The notes: generated by a model from the letters alone, not told the origin. Counted from the stretch's first letter, positions 1 through 14,248 are shown. The stretch is 64,000 bases of DNA from Eledone cirrhosa (GCA_964016885.1 OZ024747.1:75578001-75642000), one strand, 5' to 3'. Made by a program: numbers and translations.

Positions 1-3000
1 CAGCCCCAGAACAGGTCTGAACACCTCCAGAACAGGTCGTGAACAGCCCCAGAACAGGTCGTGAACAGCCCCAGAACAGGTCGTGAACAGCCCCAGAACA
101 GGTCTGAACACCTCCAGAACAGGTCGTGAACAGCCCCAGAACAGGTCTGAACACCTCCAGAACAGGTCGTGAACAGCCCCAGAACAGGTCGTGAATAGTT
201 CCAGAACAGGTCTGAACACCTCCAGAACAGGTCGCGAACAGCCCCAGAACAGGTCGTGAACAGCCCCAGAACAGGTCTGAACACCTCCAGAACAGGTCGT
301 GAACAGCCCCAGAACAGGTCTGAACACCTCCAGAACAGGTCGTGAACAGCCCCAGAACAGGTCGTGAACAGCCCCAGAACAGGTCTGAACACCTCCAGAA
401 CAGGTCGTGAACACCTCCAGAACAGGTCGTGAACAGCCCCAGAACAGGTCGTGAACAGCCCCAGAACAGGTCTGAACACCTCCAGAACAGGTCGTGAACA
501 GCCCCAGAACAGGTCTGAACACCTCCAGAACAGGTCGTGAACAGCCCCAGAACAGGTCGTGAACAGCCCCAGAACAGGTCTGAACACCTCCAGAACAGGT
601 CGTGAACAGCCCCAGAACAGGTCGTGAACAGCCCCAGAACAGGTCGTGAACAGCCCCAGAACAGGTCTGAACACCTCCAGAACAGGTCGTGAACAGCCCC
701 AGAACAGGTCTGAACACCTCCAGAACAGGTCGTGAACAGCCCCAGAACAGGTCTGAACACCTCCAGAACAGGTCGTGAACAGCCCCAGAACAGGTCGTGA
801 ACAGTTCCAGAACAGGTCTGAACACCTCCAGAACAGGTCGTGAACAGCCCCAGAACAGGTCGTGAACAGCCCCAGAACAGGTCTGAACACCTCCAGAACA
901 GGTCGTGAACAGCCCCAGAACAGGTCTGAACACCTCCAGAACAGGTCGTGAACAGCCCCAGAACAGGTCGTGAACAGCCCCAGAACAGGTCGTGAACAGC
1001 CCCAGAACAGGTCTGAACACCTCCAGAACAGGTCGTGAACAGCCCCAGAACAGGTCTGAACACCTCCAGAACAGGTCGTGAACAGCCCCAGAACAGGTCG
1101 TGAACAGTTCCAGAACAGGTCTGAACACCTCCAGAACAGGTCGTGAACAGCCCCAGAACAGGTCGTGAACAGCCCCAGAACAGGTCTGAACACCTCCAGA
1201 ACAGGTCGTGAACAGCCCCAGAACAGGTCTGAACACCTCCAGAACAGGTCGTGAACAGCCCCAGAACAGGTCGTGAACAGCCCCAGAACAGGTCTGAACA
1301 CCTCCAGAACAGGTCGTGAACAGCCCCAGAACAGGTCGTGAACAGCCCCAGAACAGGTCTGAACACCTCCAGAACAGGTCGTGAACACCTCCAGAACAGG
1401 TCGTGAACAGCCCCAGAACAGGTCGTGAACAGCCCCAGAACAGGTCTGAACACCTCCAGAACAGGTCGTGAACAGCCCCAGAACAGGTCTGAACACCTCC
1501 AGAACAGGTCGTGAACAGCCCCAGAACAGGTCGTGAACAGCCCCAGAACAGGTCTGAACACCTCCAGAACAGGTCGTGAACAGCCCCAGAACAGGTCGTG
1601 AACAGCCCCAGAACAGGTCTGAACACCTCCAGAACAGGTCGTGAACACCTCCAGAACAGGTCGTGAACAGCCCCAGAACAGGTCGTGAACAGCCCCAGAA
1701 CAGGTCTGAACACCTCCAGAACAGGTCGTGAACAGCCCCAGAACAGGTCTGAACACCTCCAGAACAGGTCGTGAACACCTCCAGAACAGGTCGTGAACAG
1801 CCCCAGAACAGGTCTGAACACCTCCAGAACAGGTCGTGAACAGCCCCAGAACAGGTCGTGAACAGCCCCAGAACAGGTCTGAACACCTCCAGAACAGGTC
1901 GTGAACAGCTCCAGAACAGGTCATGAACACCTCCAGAACAGGTCGTGAACAGCCCCAGAACAGGTCGTGAACAGCCCCAGAACAGGTCTGAACACCTCCA
2001 GAACAGGTCGTGAACAGCCCCAGAACAGGTCGTGAACAGCCCCAGAACAGGTCTGAACACCTCCAGAACAGGTCGTGAACAGCCCCAGAACAGGTCGTGA
2101 ACAGCCCCAGAACAGGTCTGAACACCTCCAGAACAGGTCGTGAACAGCCCCAGAACAGGTCTGAACACCTCCAGAACAGGTCGTGAACACCTCCAGAACA
2201 GGTCGTGAACAGCCCCAGAACAGGTCTGAACACCTCCAGAACAGGTCGTGAACAGCCACAGAACAGGTCGTGAACAGCCCCAGAACAGGTCTGAACACCT
2301 CCAGAACAGGTCGTGAACAGCCCCAGAACAGGTCTGAACACCTCCAGAACAGGTCGTGAACAGCCCCAGAACAGGTCGTGAACAGCCCCAGAACAGGTCT
2401 GAACACCTCCAGAACAGGTCGTGAACAGCCCCAGAACAGGTCTGAACACCTCCAGAACAGGTCGTGAACAGCTCCAGAACAGGTCATGAACAGCCCCAGA
2501 ACAGGTCGTGAACACCTCCAGAACAGGTCGTGAACAGCCCCAGAACAGGTCGTGAACAGCCCCAGAACAGGTCTGAACACCTCCAGAACAGGTCGTGAAC
2601 AGCCCCAGAACAGGTCGTGAACAGCCCCAGAACAGGTCTGAACACCTCCAGAACAGGTCGTGAACAGCCCCAGAACAGGTCGTGAACAGCCCCAGAACAG
2701 GTCGTGAACAGCCCCAGAACAGGTCGTGAACAGCCCCAGAACAGGTCGTGAACAGCCCCAGAACAGGTCGTGAACAGCCCCAGAACATGTCGTGAACAGC
2801 CCCAGAACAGGTCGTGAACAGCCCCAGAACAGGTCGTGAACAGCCCCAGAACAGGTCGTGAACAGCCCCAGAACAGGTCGTGAACAGCTCCAGAACAGGT
2901 CGTGAACACCTCCAGAACAGGGCGTGAACAGCCCCAGAACAGGCCGCGAACACCTCCAGAACAGGTCGTGAACACCTCCAGAACAGGTCGTGAACAGCCC

Positions 3001-3870
3001 CAGAACAGGTCGTGAACAGCTCCAGAACAGGTCGTGAACACCTCCAGAACAGGTCGTGAACAGCTCCAGAACAGGTCGTGAACACCTCCAGAACAGGTCG
3101 TGAACACCTCCAGAACAGGGCGTGAACAGCCCCAGAACAGGCCGCGAACACCTCCAGAACAGGTCGTGAACAGCCCCAGAACAGGCCGCGAACACCTCCA
3201 GAACAGGTCGTGAACAGCTCCAGAACAGGTCGTGAACACCTCCAGAACAGGTCGTGAACAGCCCCAGAACAGGTCGTGATCAGCTCCAGAACAGGTCGTG
3301 AACAGCCCCAGAACAGGTTGTGAACAGCTCCAGAACAGGTCGTGAACACCTCCAGAACAGGGCGTGAACAGCCCCAGAACAGGCCGCGAACACCTCCAGA
3401 ACAGGTCGTGAACAGCCCCAGAACAGGTCGTGAACAGCTCCAGAACAGGTCGTGAACACCTCCAGAACAGGGCGTGAACAGCCCCAGAACAGGCCGCGAA
3501 CACCTCCAGAACAGGTCGTGAACAGCCCCAGAACAGGTCGTGAACAGCTCCAGAACAGGTCGTGAACAGTCCCAGAACAGGTCGTGAACAGCCCCAGAAC
3601 AGGTCGTGAACAGCCCCAGAACAGATCGTGAACAGCTCCAGAACAGGTCGTGAACAGCTCCAGAACAGATCGTGAACATCACCAGAACAGGTCGTGAACA
3701 GCCCCAGAACAGGTCGTGAACAGTTCGTGACGAGCTCCAGAACAGTTCGTGATCAGGTTAAGAACAGGCCATGAACAGAACAGGTCGGGAACGCGTGATT
3801 GACAGTTGAAGAGCAGCTCAAGAACATATCAGGGACAGGGGAAGAACAGGTCATGAACAGGTCAAGAATA
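1..3870. repeat. Satellite, 22/21-bp unit (CAGCCCCAGAACAGGTCGTGAA and variants), built from 11-bp subunits; open at window start
   Basis: Direct tandem repeats are near-perfect to about 3720 and then decay into GAACAGGTC-like 11-mers. The ORFs at 1921-3503 are read-through of this array. Confidence 0.97.
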
Positions 3871-5807
3871 GGTGTGGATTGTGACCCTTACAGTGACTGG
3901 CAGGCTGATGCAAGCTATTTCAGGCAAACATTCGTTCTAACTGTTGCTACGTAGTATGCTTTATCAGATATTTTCTTCGATCGTCATTAAGCGCCTGAAC
4001 CAGAGGTCAGTAGCTTAAATATAAGACGTTTAACACCCTGAAGCATTACACACCCACACAACCTGGGCCAAGATTACACCAACAGAAGCAAATAGCTAAA
4101 TCTATTCTACAGTTAAAGCATTCAATTACAATCTTCTTCCATTTCTCTGTTATTCCGTTGCTTTGCTATTCCATTCCTCTGCTATTCCACTCGTTCTGTG
4201 CAACTAATTTCCGAAGTGTTGATTGGCAGCAAAATCGAAAACAATATTTATATGCTCTCTGGCATAAATATGCAATTCTGTCATAGATAATTTGCTTTGA
4301 TTCTCAGTTTCACTGTATCTATATCGCTGTTAATAGATCTATATATCTCTCTCTTCTTCCTTACATCTTACACAGTTTAGATCTATATGTTTCTCTCTCT
4401 CCCTCTCTCTCTCTCGCTCTCTCTCTCTCACTCTCTTTCTCCCTCTTATTCTCCCCCCATCTCTCTCTACCCCCCCTCTTGTATATGTACATATCCCCCT
4501 TTCATGTTATAGTTTCTTTAATCTGTCCGGCCATCTCCCGCCTTTCCAGTCTAATATATCATTCCATACTTTGTTTTAACGCTCGCTTTATTGATTATTC
4601 ATCTCGTTTCACATATGTCTGCATGGCTGGAGTTTGTTGATCACTCATATGCAAACACCTATGCATAAATATATGCATATGTCTATCTGTATATCCGCCT
4701 CTCTCTATGTATATTTGTCTGTCTGTTTTTATGTGTGTTATTCTTCCTTTTGGATTGGCGGAAGAGACTGTTGAGAATCACACAGTTAATGTACATTTTG
4801 AAGAGTTGCAGACAGCAAGGAAGACAGGAAGACATATAGAAGAGCGTGAGACCTCTGTACCTACCTATAGCTTTTCTCACTTTTAGAAGAGTATTGGAGA
4901 CATAAGGTAAACTACTCCCAGCCTGACCAAGTGAAGCGGGCTATAATACACATAATCCAAGGTACTTTTTTCCCTCCAAATTCTAAATATATATTTAATA
5001 TGAAGATTGGTGTGCTCATGCTGGAGATGTTACAAAGTAGTTTATGACAGACGGTAAACAACCTTAAAGACGGGAAAAGTAGTTACCATCGGTCGCTTTT
5101 TTCAGCTAATGTAAGGTCAGATCTATTGATCCAACTGCATATGCTGATGCTTGTAACTGTTTATTGAGAACATTGAGCTTACCAAAACTATCACTTACGT
5201 GGCTGACATGTGATTTAGATTGGTCTGTAGCATATGTTTGAATTATTGATTTACAGTGAAGAAAATCATATGTGGTGCCGTATAATTGTATGAAGCAGTG
5301 AAGGTAATTCACTTTGGACAACCGGCAGACAGCACAGCATAGCTGCAACAACTGATAAAATGCTCATCTTTCTTCTCACGTGGTTGGAGGTAAAGTCGTT
5401 CACTTTTAGTGACATTTCTACATACAACGTCTGCTGATATCATTTTATTTAAGGGGCTCTCTTAGAGGGGCTCTCTCAGAGGGGCTTTCTCAGAGGGGCT
5501 CTCTAGCCACAAACCTTTTTCGCTGAATAAGGTAGTATATATCAATCATTGATGAATTGTTAAATCAAATTTTGTGTTTACCCATTATAGCGGGCTCACG
5601 ATCCTGCAGAGCAGAAACTATAGTCCTGAGTAACTACATAGATCTTCTCTCTGCAGACTTCTAAAATCAGTATCTCCTCTGCCAGTTTAGCATCGTCAAC
5701 GAATCGTACGCATGTGTGAACCTCACCCTATCACACATTTTTTAATCAGACTAAAGATTGAAATATCTGCGATGTAGTTTAATTACTTACTTCTTCACAT
5801 CATATAT

Positions 5808-6167
5808 ATGGTCCCGTAACTCACGAGGGTGTAGTAGGGGCACGGCTTTGACATACGGCGTTTCAAGGGTATTTAAAAACCTTTACAGTGTGTGACCAAC
5901 CTGCCTTAGTTTTAGCTATTATTAGCCGTAATACATTACCTGCAATCAGGTTCTAAGGTTTAAGTTTATACATGATGTTGACCATAACGGTAATTCTGCA
6001 GTGGTTGTTGCATTTCTGTTGTAAACATTGGAAGATGTCAAATGGAAGAAATCTGCTGTATTCAGACCTAGAGAAGAGACGGGCTCCGCCAGGTTTAATA
6101 TAATGCCCTAGAAACTTCGTATATCAATATGGCGCCGCTATGACTTCCTCGTAAGTTACGGGACCAT
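5808..6167. mobile_element. MITE with terminal inverted repeats (superfamily unassigned)
   Basis: ATGGTCCCGTAACTCACGAGG ... CCTCGTAAGTTACGGGACCAT. Partial relatives at about 41437-41557, 62962-63015 and 63300-63342. Confidence 0.75.
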
Positions 6168-7045
6168 GCATACACGCATGCTTAGTAGTTACTAAGGGGG
6201 CAAATTGATACAGGTATTAGAACATCAGTCAATATAGATTGTGGTATTCCTTCCGACTTTCTGCTCTTTGAGTTCAAATCTATCCGAAGTCAACTTTACA
6301 TTCCACTTCGTCGTTAAAAACTAAACGAGAAGTACATCGAAAAGTGGCCTTTAGAAGATTTATCTCTTTTAAAATTGTTAAATCGAAAGATTCCCTCGAT
6401 TTCTAATCACTGGTTGATTACCTTTTTACCGGCGTCTGAGGAAAGTTGTTCAGTTTTGCTTAATGAAACGAAACTATAAGAAGCACATACATATGTACTT
6501 ATTATTTCAAATATCTCAACAATATATTCGTATACTATTACAAAGATTGTTAGCCATATTGAGAAAAAAGAACGACTGGAGAAATATACCCATAGGTATA
6601 AACCTCGTCAAATCAACTAATATAAAAATATGGAAATCGCCGGAAGTTTGATGTTTTAGCTAGCAGGGACATCTGTAAACTAACTAAACTATCACTCTGT
6701 GATTTAATCTTTTAAATTCTTCGACAGAAAATGTTTATTTGTTAGAACAAATGCCTGCTTGACACAACCTAATATGTTTGCTCTAGGTTGTAATTTTAAA
6801 TTCCTTGAGGGTAAACAAAATATTCAATACAAGCTGTATGATGAAATTCATTTAATTGACCAATTTTGTAATGAAAATGATCTGTTCACCCGAAGAAAAG
6901 AAATCTATTTGTACACAGAACAATGTTGAGTTGACCAATCTAGCTTTTATTAAAATATTACATTGACTTCAGATAATCCCGTCTACTTCTTTTGCAACTT
7001 TTATCAAAGTAAGAAACCAATATATATAATTAAACAGCATAAAAA

Positions 7046-7262
7046 GGTGGTGGATTGGCAGTTTCTGTAGAACGTCGGCCAACATATTTGTAGCATATAG
7101 TTACGTACCTTTACGTTCTGAGTTCAAACCCCACCGAGGTTAGCTTTGCCTTTTATACTTACGGGGTCGAGAGGATAAAGCACCCCTAACGAAGTGGGAT
7201 CGATTTAATCCCCCCCCCCCCCCCCTAAAAAATGTTGGTCTTGTACCGAAATGAGAAACCGT
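7046..7262 (+). mobile_element. tRNA-derived SINE, family 1
   Basis: A-box-like GGTGGATTGGCAG, B-box-like GAGTTCAAA and core CTTTGCCTTTCATCCTT-CGGGGTCGATAAA-AAAGTACCAG shared by many copies. The core resembles a Deu/Nin-type SINE domain (from memory). Confidence 0.8.
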
Positions 7263-7807
7263 ATTAATCAACATAAACTTGCTTTGAACAGAATTGATGT
7301 CCCAGGTTCGACAACCAGTTATCATTTCGTGTCTTGGGCTTTTCATTCTTTTGAGGCCGATAACTTAAAGTACCAGTCAATTATTGGGGTCCATATAATC
7401 GACTTCCCCTCTTCCCCCAAAATTAATGATTTTATGCAACAATTAGAAACCATCGATCCCAGTGATCAATAAAGAAATTATTAAAGTGAATTCCTCTGTG
7501 CCCTTTCTTAAGGGGTTAATATATAGAGCTTCTTCACATTTGGTAAGAAACTGGTATTATACCCAATTTACTCATTTCCTATATAATATATATATATATA
7601 TATAACTATCCGGGAGCTTCCAACAGTAATGGTCGCATTCTTTAAGGGTATGTCAATATTTATTTATAAAACTGCTCTATATTATATTTTATCTGATGAA
7701 AGCATCCCATAATTTAACTTGGTGTCCTTGAAATATGTATAATGAAATAAATATGGTTTTATAAATATAGTTTCAAGTTGTTAATATCGTATATATATAT
7801 ATATATA

Positions 7808-7839
<32 letters not shown>

Positions 7840-7840
7840 C

Positions 7841-8312
7841 AAATTAATATAAATTAATATATGATAAACACTAATACAATTATATAAGTGTTTGTATTGC
7901 AAATGACCAAGTTAGCTAGATTGAAAAATACTAATTAAATTAATACAGTTTGCCTGTCTCGATTTAAAATAATAAATCAATAAAAACAAACCCATATTGG
8001 CAATAGCCGTGATACCTGGACAAATTTAAATTTCAAAACCCAAATCTGTTTCGCAGACAAATTTAAATTTCAAAACTCAAATCCGTTTCGCAACGATAAG
8101 TGAAAATTCCATTTCTGTGCTCTTCTGCAGGTATCCAGAAATTCATGTTTCACCTCAAAATACTTGCAATACAAATACTTGCAATACAAACACTTATATA
8201 ATTGTATTAGTGTTTATCATATATTAATTTATATTAATTTTTATTTCACGGCTCAGAAATATCTCTTTCTTCGAGCTATTTAATTGTAAAAGACTGTTTG
8301 AGTTTATAACTC
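7841..8312. mobile_element. Inverted-arm Penelope-like/retrozyme-type remnant in (TA)n
   Basis: Inverted arms at about 7841-7902 and 8179-8240. The right arm has an extra ~70-nt tail. (TA)n lies on both sides and there is an internal HHR motif. Confidence 0.7.
8011..8135 (-). ncRNA. Type I hammerhead ribozyme motif, variant core CAGAAGA, duplicated stem III
   Basis: Minus strand: GATACCTG-CAGAAGA-GCA...TGC-GAAA-[stem III, tandemly duplicated]-TC-CAGGTATC, giving an 8-bp perfect stem I. Confidence 0.65.
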
Positions 8313-8320
8313 TATATATA

Positions 8321-8401
<81 letters not shown>

Positions 8402-8403
<2 letters not shown>

Positions 8404-8526
8404 TCATATATTATGGCTATTGGTGAGGTTTGTTACTCCTAAAGTTTCACCTGCGCACTTACAGTATCACCATTCTTGTCAGGTGAGACTCCAGAGTAAC
8501 AAGGCTTAGCCATAATAAATGAATAT
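8402..8526. mobile_element. Fold-back hairpin with HHR 3' half next to (TA)n
   Basis: ATTCATATATTATGGCTA...TTGTTACTCCTAAAGTTTCACCTG pairs with CAGGTGAGACTCCAGAGTAACAA...TAGCCATAATAAATGAAT. The left arm read on minus gives GAAA-CT..AG-TA. Confidence 0.5.
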
Positions 8527-9039
8527 TTAAACATTACTTCGGTATTGAGATTTCATTCTTATCAATAATTCACATACTCTGACAGGTCGCAAATAATCGT
8601 CCCCACCTCCCGGTTTTTATTCCAGCCCACCCACCACCCGCTTATTAATTTTGCTAATCTCTCTCCGGCGAAATTTTATTGTAAGTGATTCGTATTGATA
8701 CAGAAGCTGGAGAATCTAATAATTTTATTTTACATAAAAACACATTTACTACACGGAACGCTCTTTAAATTCTTCTCTCTATATCAATAAATACCAATCT
8801 CTCCTCCTCTCTATATCTATCTAATATACAACACACTCTCCCAACCTTCTTCTCTATATCAATTTCCACCAAGCCATCCCCCTCTCTATATCTATATCTT
8901 TCTCTCCTATCTGTCTCTACGTAACATGTTCATAAATTGTAGCGTATATACAAATAGATGTGTCTATGTTTGTAAATGTACATATCTCTTCCTCCCTTGT
9001 CTGTCTCACTCTCTCTCTCAGCCTGTATGTACACAAACA

Positions 9040-9124
<85 letters not shown>

Positions 9125-9273
9125 ACACGCACACACACACATATATATAGACGCATATTTATATATATATATATATAGCATATATATTCACAAATGCAAT
9201 GATGTACTCAGTAAGATGAGAGAAGTATGAATATAAGTGAGAGTTACTTTGACAAACACACACACACACACAC

Positions 9274-9322
<49 letters not shown>

Positions 9323-9805
9323 GAGACAGGTATGTAGGTAATTATTTTAATTTAATAGATATAATACTGAATTTCTATTTTCGGAATAATAATTGATTCT
9401 GCTGCGAAATCGTATAAAAAGATATTAAGTCACTCGTGAAATCCTAGAAAATCATAGGAAATCAACCGCTACGATTAATGACTTTCCGAATATGATATGA
9501 AATGATAATCATAAGGATATGAGATACTCTGTCAATAGAAATGTGTTGCTGGGGCAGCATCTTAAACTAGTCGTCTATCATGTCTTCATGTCTTTTTACA
9601 CACAGAACTCATTAAGTTTTATTTAAGTTCACTTAGATATAAACATGATTAAGATTCGCCATTTATATTTTGGTGGTGAAGTTGAAGAATCGTTAGAGGT
9701 TTCTATTAAATGCTTCAGTATTTCCAACGTCTCTCAGTGCTGTGAGTTTAAAGCCTGTCGAGGTTAACTTTGCCTTTTATATTTAGGTGGTGAAGTGGCC
9801 TAAAG

Positions 9806-9973
9806 CAGGCATAACAAACATGCGGCCCTTTACAAGCACACCTGCGGCCCGCACAAAGGTTTTTACAGCGCGAGCTTGTTTTATCTTCGTAAAATTAGTT
9901 GTCGTGTGTGGCCCTCAGACAACACATATGTGACCCATGTGGCTCTCCGGGGACCCACAGTTTGACATGCCTG
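9806..9973. mobile_element. hAT-superfamily MITE (168 bp)
   Basis: TIRs CAGGCATAACAAAC / GTTTGACATGCCTG, a perfect 8-bp TSD GCCTAAAG (9798-9805, 9974-9981) and subterminal GCGGCCC motifs. Confidence 0.9.
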
Positions 9974-10306
9974 GCCTAAAGGATGGTGAAAGTTTTGTAT
10001 TAAATGTTTCATTATGTGTCCCATCTCTCTACGATGTGAGTACAAAACCTGCCGAGGTTAATATTGCCTTTTCCCGTATTTGTAACGCCTCTCTGCGCTG
10101 TGAGTTCGAAGCCTGCCGAGATTAACTATACCTTTCAGAGCCGATCAATAAAAAGGTAATCTGACTCTAGCTCTGTGAGTTCTGTATTCCAATATCACCG
10201 CTGGTGCCAGAAATTACGACAGGCAGTAAAGAGTGAAAAAAAATAGAGATTCTAGCATAAATATTTATGAAACTTTCTTCCCTAGATGATTATCTTTACA
10301 ACTTCT

Positions 10307-13300
10307 GTAGACACCTCTCTCACTAAACAGTACCAGTAATCTCATGGTGTAGACACTACTCTCAGTAAAGAGTACCAGTGATCTCATGGTGTAGACACCT
10401 CTCTCACTAAACAGTACCAGTAATCTCATGGTGTAGACACTACTCTCAGTAAACAGTACCAGTGATCTCATGGTGTAGACACCTCTCTCACTAAACAGTA
10501 CCAGTAATCTCATGGGGTAGACACTACTCTCAGTAAACAGTACCAGTAATCTCATGGTGTAGACACCTCTCTCAGTAAACAGTACCAGTAATCTCATGGT
10601 GTAGACACCTCTCTCAGTAAACAGTACCAGTAATCTTATGGTGTAGACACTACTCTCAGTAAACAGTACCAGTGATCTCATGGTGTAGACACTACTCTCA
10701 GTAAACAGTACCAGTGATCTCATGGTGTAGACACCTCTCTCAGTAAACAGTACCAGTAATCTCATGGGGTAGACACTACTCTCAGTAAACAGTACCAGTG
10801 ATCTCATGGTGTAGACTCCTCTCTCAGTAAACAGTACCAGTGATCTCATGGTGTAGACACCTCTCTCAGTAAACAGTACCAGTAATCTCATGGTGTAGAC
10901 ACCTCTCTCAGTAAACAGTACCAGTGATCTCATGGTGTAGACACCTCTCTCAGTAAACAGTACCAGTAATCTCATGGTGTAGACACCTCTCTTAGTAAAC
11001 GGTATCAGTAATCTCATGGGGTAGACACCTCTCTCAGTAAACAGTACCAGTTATCTCATGGTGTAGACACCTCTCTCAGTAAACAGTACCAGTAATCTCA
11101 TGGTGTAGACACCTCTCTCAGTAAACAGTACCAGTAATCTTATGGTGTAGACACTACTCTCAGTAAACAGTACCAGTGATCTCATGGTGTAGACACTACT
11201 CTCAGTAAACAGTACCAGTGATCTCATGGTGTAGACACCTCTCTCAGTAAACAGTACCAGTAATCTCATGGTGTAGACACCTCTCTCACTAAACAGTACC
11301 AGTAATCTCATGGTGTAGACACTACTCTCAGTAAAGAGTACCAGTGATCTCATGGTGTAGACACCTCTCTCACTAAACAGTACCAGTATCTCATGGTGTA
11401 GACACTACTCTCAGTAAACAGTACCAGTGATCTCATGGTGTAGACACCTCTCTCACTAAACAGTACCAGTAATCTCATGGGGTAGACACTACTCTCAGTA
11501 AACAGTACCAGTGATCTCATGGTGTAGACTCCTCTCTCAGTAAACAGTACCAGTGATCTCATGGTGTAGACACCTCTCTCAGTAAACAGTACCAGTAATC
11601 TCATGGTGTAGACACCTCTCTCAGTAAACAGTACCAGTGATCTCATGGTGTAGACACCTCTCTCAGTAAACAGTACCAGTAATCTCATGGTGTAGACACC
11701 TCTCTCAGTAAACGGTATCAGTAATCTCATGGTGTAGACACCTCTCTCAGTAAACAGTACCAGTTATCTCATGGTGTAGACACCTCTCTCAGTAAACAGT
11801 ACCAGTAATCTCATGGTGTAGACACCTCTCTCAGTAAACAGTACCAGTAATCTTATGGTGTAGACACTACTCTCAGTAAACAGTACCAGTGATCTCATGG
11901 TGTAGACACTACTCTCAGTAAACAGTACCAGTGATCTCATGGTGTAGACACCTCTCTCAGTAAACAGTACCAGTAATCTCATGGTGTAGACACTACTCTC
12001 AGTAAACAGTACCAGTGATCTCATGGTGTAGACACCTCTCTCAGTAAACAGTACCAGTGATCTCATGGTGTAGACACCTCTCTCAGTAAACAGTACCAGT
12101 GATCTCATGATGTAGACACCTCTCTCAGTAAACAGTACCAGTGATCTCATGGGGTAGACACCTCTCTCAGTAAACAGTACCAGTGATCTCATGGTGTAGA
12201 CACCTCTCTCAGTAAACAGTACCAGTGATCTCATGGTGTAGACACCTCTCTCAGTAAACAGTACCAGTGATCTCATGGTGTAGACACCTCTCTCAGTAAA
12301 CAGTACCAGTGATCTCATGGTATAGACACCTCTCTCAGTAAACAGTACCAGTGATCTCATGGTGTAGACACCTCTCTCAGTAAACAGTACCAGTGATCTC
12401 ATGGTGTAGACACCTCTCTCACTAAACAGTACCAGTGATCTCATGGTGTAGACACTACTCTCAGTAAACAGTACCAGTGATCTCATGGTGTAGACACCTC
12501 TCTCAGTAAACAGTACCAGTGATCTCATGGTGTAGACACCTCTCTCAGTAAACAGTACCAGTGATCTCATGGTGTAGACACCTCTCTCAGTAAACAGTAC
12601 CAGTGATCTCATGGTGTAGACACTACTCTCAGTAAACAGTACCAGTAATCTCATGGTGTAGACACCTCTCTCAGTAAACAGTACCAGTAATCTCATGGTG
12701 TAGACACCTCTCTCAGTAAACAGTACCAGTAATCTCATGGTGTAGACACCTCTCTCAGTAAACAGTACCAGTGATCTCATGGTGTAGACACCTCTCTCAG
12801 TAAACAGTACCAGTGATCTCATGGTGTAGACACCTCTCTCAGTAAACAGTACCAGTGATCTCATGGTGTAGACACCTCTCTCAGTAAACAGTACCAGTGA
12901 TCTCATGGTGTAGACACCTCTCTCAGTAAACAGTACCAGTAATCTCATGGTGTAGACACCTCTCTCAGTAAACAGTACCAGTGATCTCATGGTGTAGACA
13001 CTACTCTCAGTAAACAGTACCAGTGATCTCATGGGGTAGACACCTCTCTCAGTAAACAGTACCAGTAATCTCATGGTGTAGACACCTTTCTCAGTAAACA
13101 GTACCAGTGATCTCATGGGGTAGACACCTCTCTCAGTAAACAGTACCAGTGATCTCATGGTATAGACACCTCTCTCAGTAAACAGTACCAGTGATCTCAT
13201 GGTGTAGACACCTCTCTCAGTAAAGAGTACCAGTGATCTCATGGTGTAGACACCTCTCTCAGTAAACAGTACCAGTGATCTCATGGTGTAGACACTACTC

Positions 13301-14124
13301 TCAGTAAACAGTACCAGTGATCTCATGGGGTAGACACCTCTCTCAGTAAACAGTACCAGTGATCTCATGGTGTAGACACCTCTCTCAGTAAACAGTACCA
13401 GTGATCTCATGGTGTAGACACCTCTCTCAGTAAACAGTACCAGTGATCTCATGGGGTAGACACCTCTCTCAGTAAACAGTACCAGTGATCTCATGGTATA
13501 GACACCTCTCTCAGTAAACAGTACCAGTGATCTCATGGGGTAGACACCTCTCTCAGTAAACAGTACCAGTGATCTCATGGTATAGACACCTCTCTCAGTA
13601 AACAGTACCAGTGATCTCATGGTATAGACACCTCTCTCAGTAAAGAGTACCAGTGATCTCATGGTGTAGACACCTCTCTCAGTAAACAGTACCAGTAATC
13701 TCATGATTGTAGACACCTCTCTCAGTAAACAGTACCAGTAATCTCATGGTGTAGACACCTTTCTCAGTAAACAGTACCAGTGATCTCATGGGGTAGACAC
13801 CTCTCTCAGTAAACAGTACCAGTGATCTCATGGTGTAGACACCTCTCTCAGTAAACAGTACCAGTGATCTCATGGTGTAGACACCTCTCTCAGTAAAGAG
13901 TACCAGTGATCTCATGGTGTAGACACCTCTCTCAGTAAACAGTACCAGTGATCTCATGGTGTAGACACCTCTCTCAGTAAACAGTACCAGTGATCTCATG
14001 GTGTAGACACCTCTCTCAGTAAACAGTACCAGTGATCTCATGGTGTAGACACCTCTCTCAGTAAACAGTACCAGTGATCTCATGGTGTAGACACTACTCT
14101 CAGTAAACAGTACCAGTGATCTCA
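10307..14124. repeat. Satellite/minisatellite, 42-bp unit GTAGACACCTCTCTCAGTAAACAGTACCAGTGATCTCATGGT, about 90 copies
   Basis: Direct tandem repeat with sharp ends. It produces the MRSLVLFTERGVYT repeat ORFs on minus. Confidence 0.97.
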
Positions 14125-14248
14125 CGCTCTTAATAACTTTATTGAAATCAATATTGTTGTCCTTCACATCATAAGACTATCGATCGCCTATGACATTTGA
14201 TGCTCTCACCAAAGTTATCCCCTTCATATAGGTCATAATCCTCTCTTT

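Noticed and set aside
1921-3503. 424-aa and 339-aa Cys-rich ORFs
   Set aside because: Translations of the 22-bp satellite with no unique sequence.
4880-5310. Possible host exons (AG/GT-bounded segments; similar candidates at about 23400-23580 and 60340-60435)
   Set aside because: The longer candidates hit stop codons in the frames examined, the shortest is only about 20 bp, and none gives a recognisable protein.
10265-14167. MRSLVLFTERGVYT repeat ORFs, or a CRISPR-like array
   Set aside because: A 42-bp unit is divisible by three, so open frames are expected. There are stops and frameshifts, no unique spacers and no cas genes.
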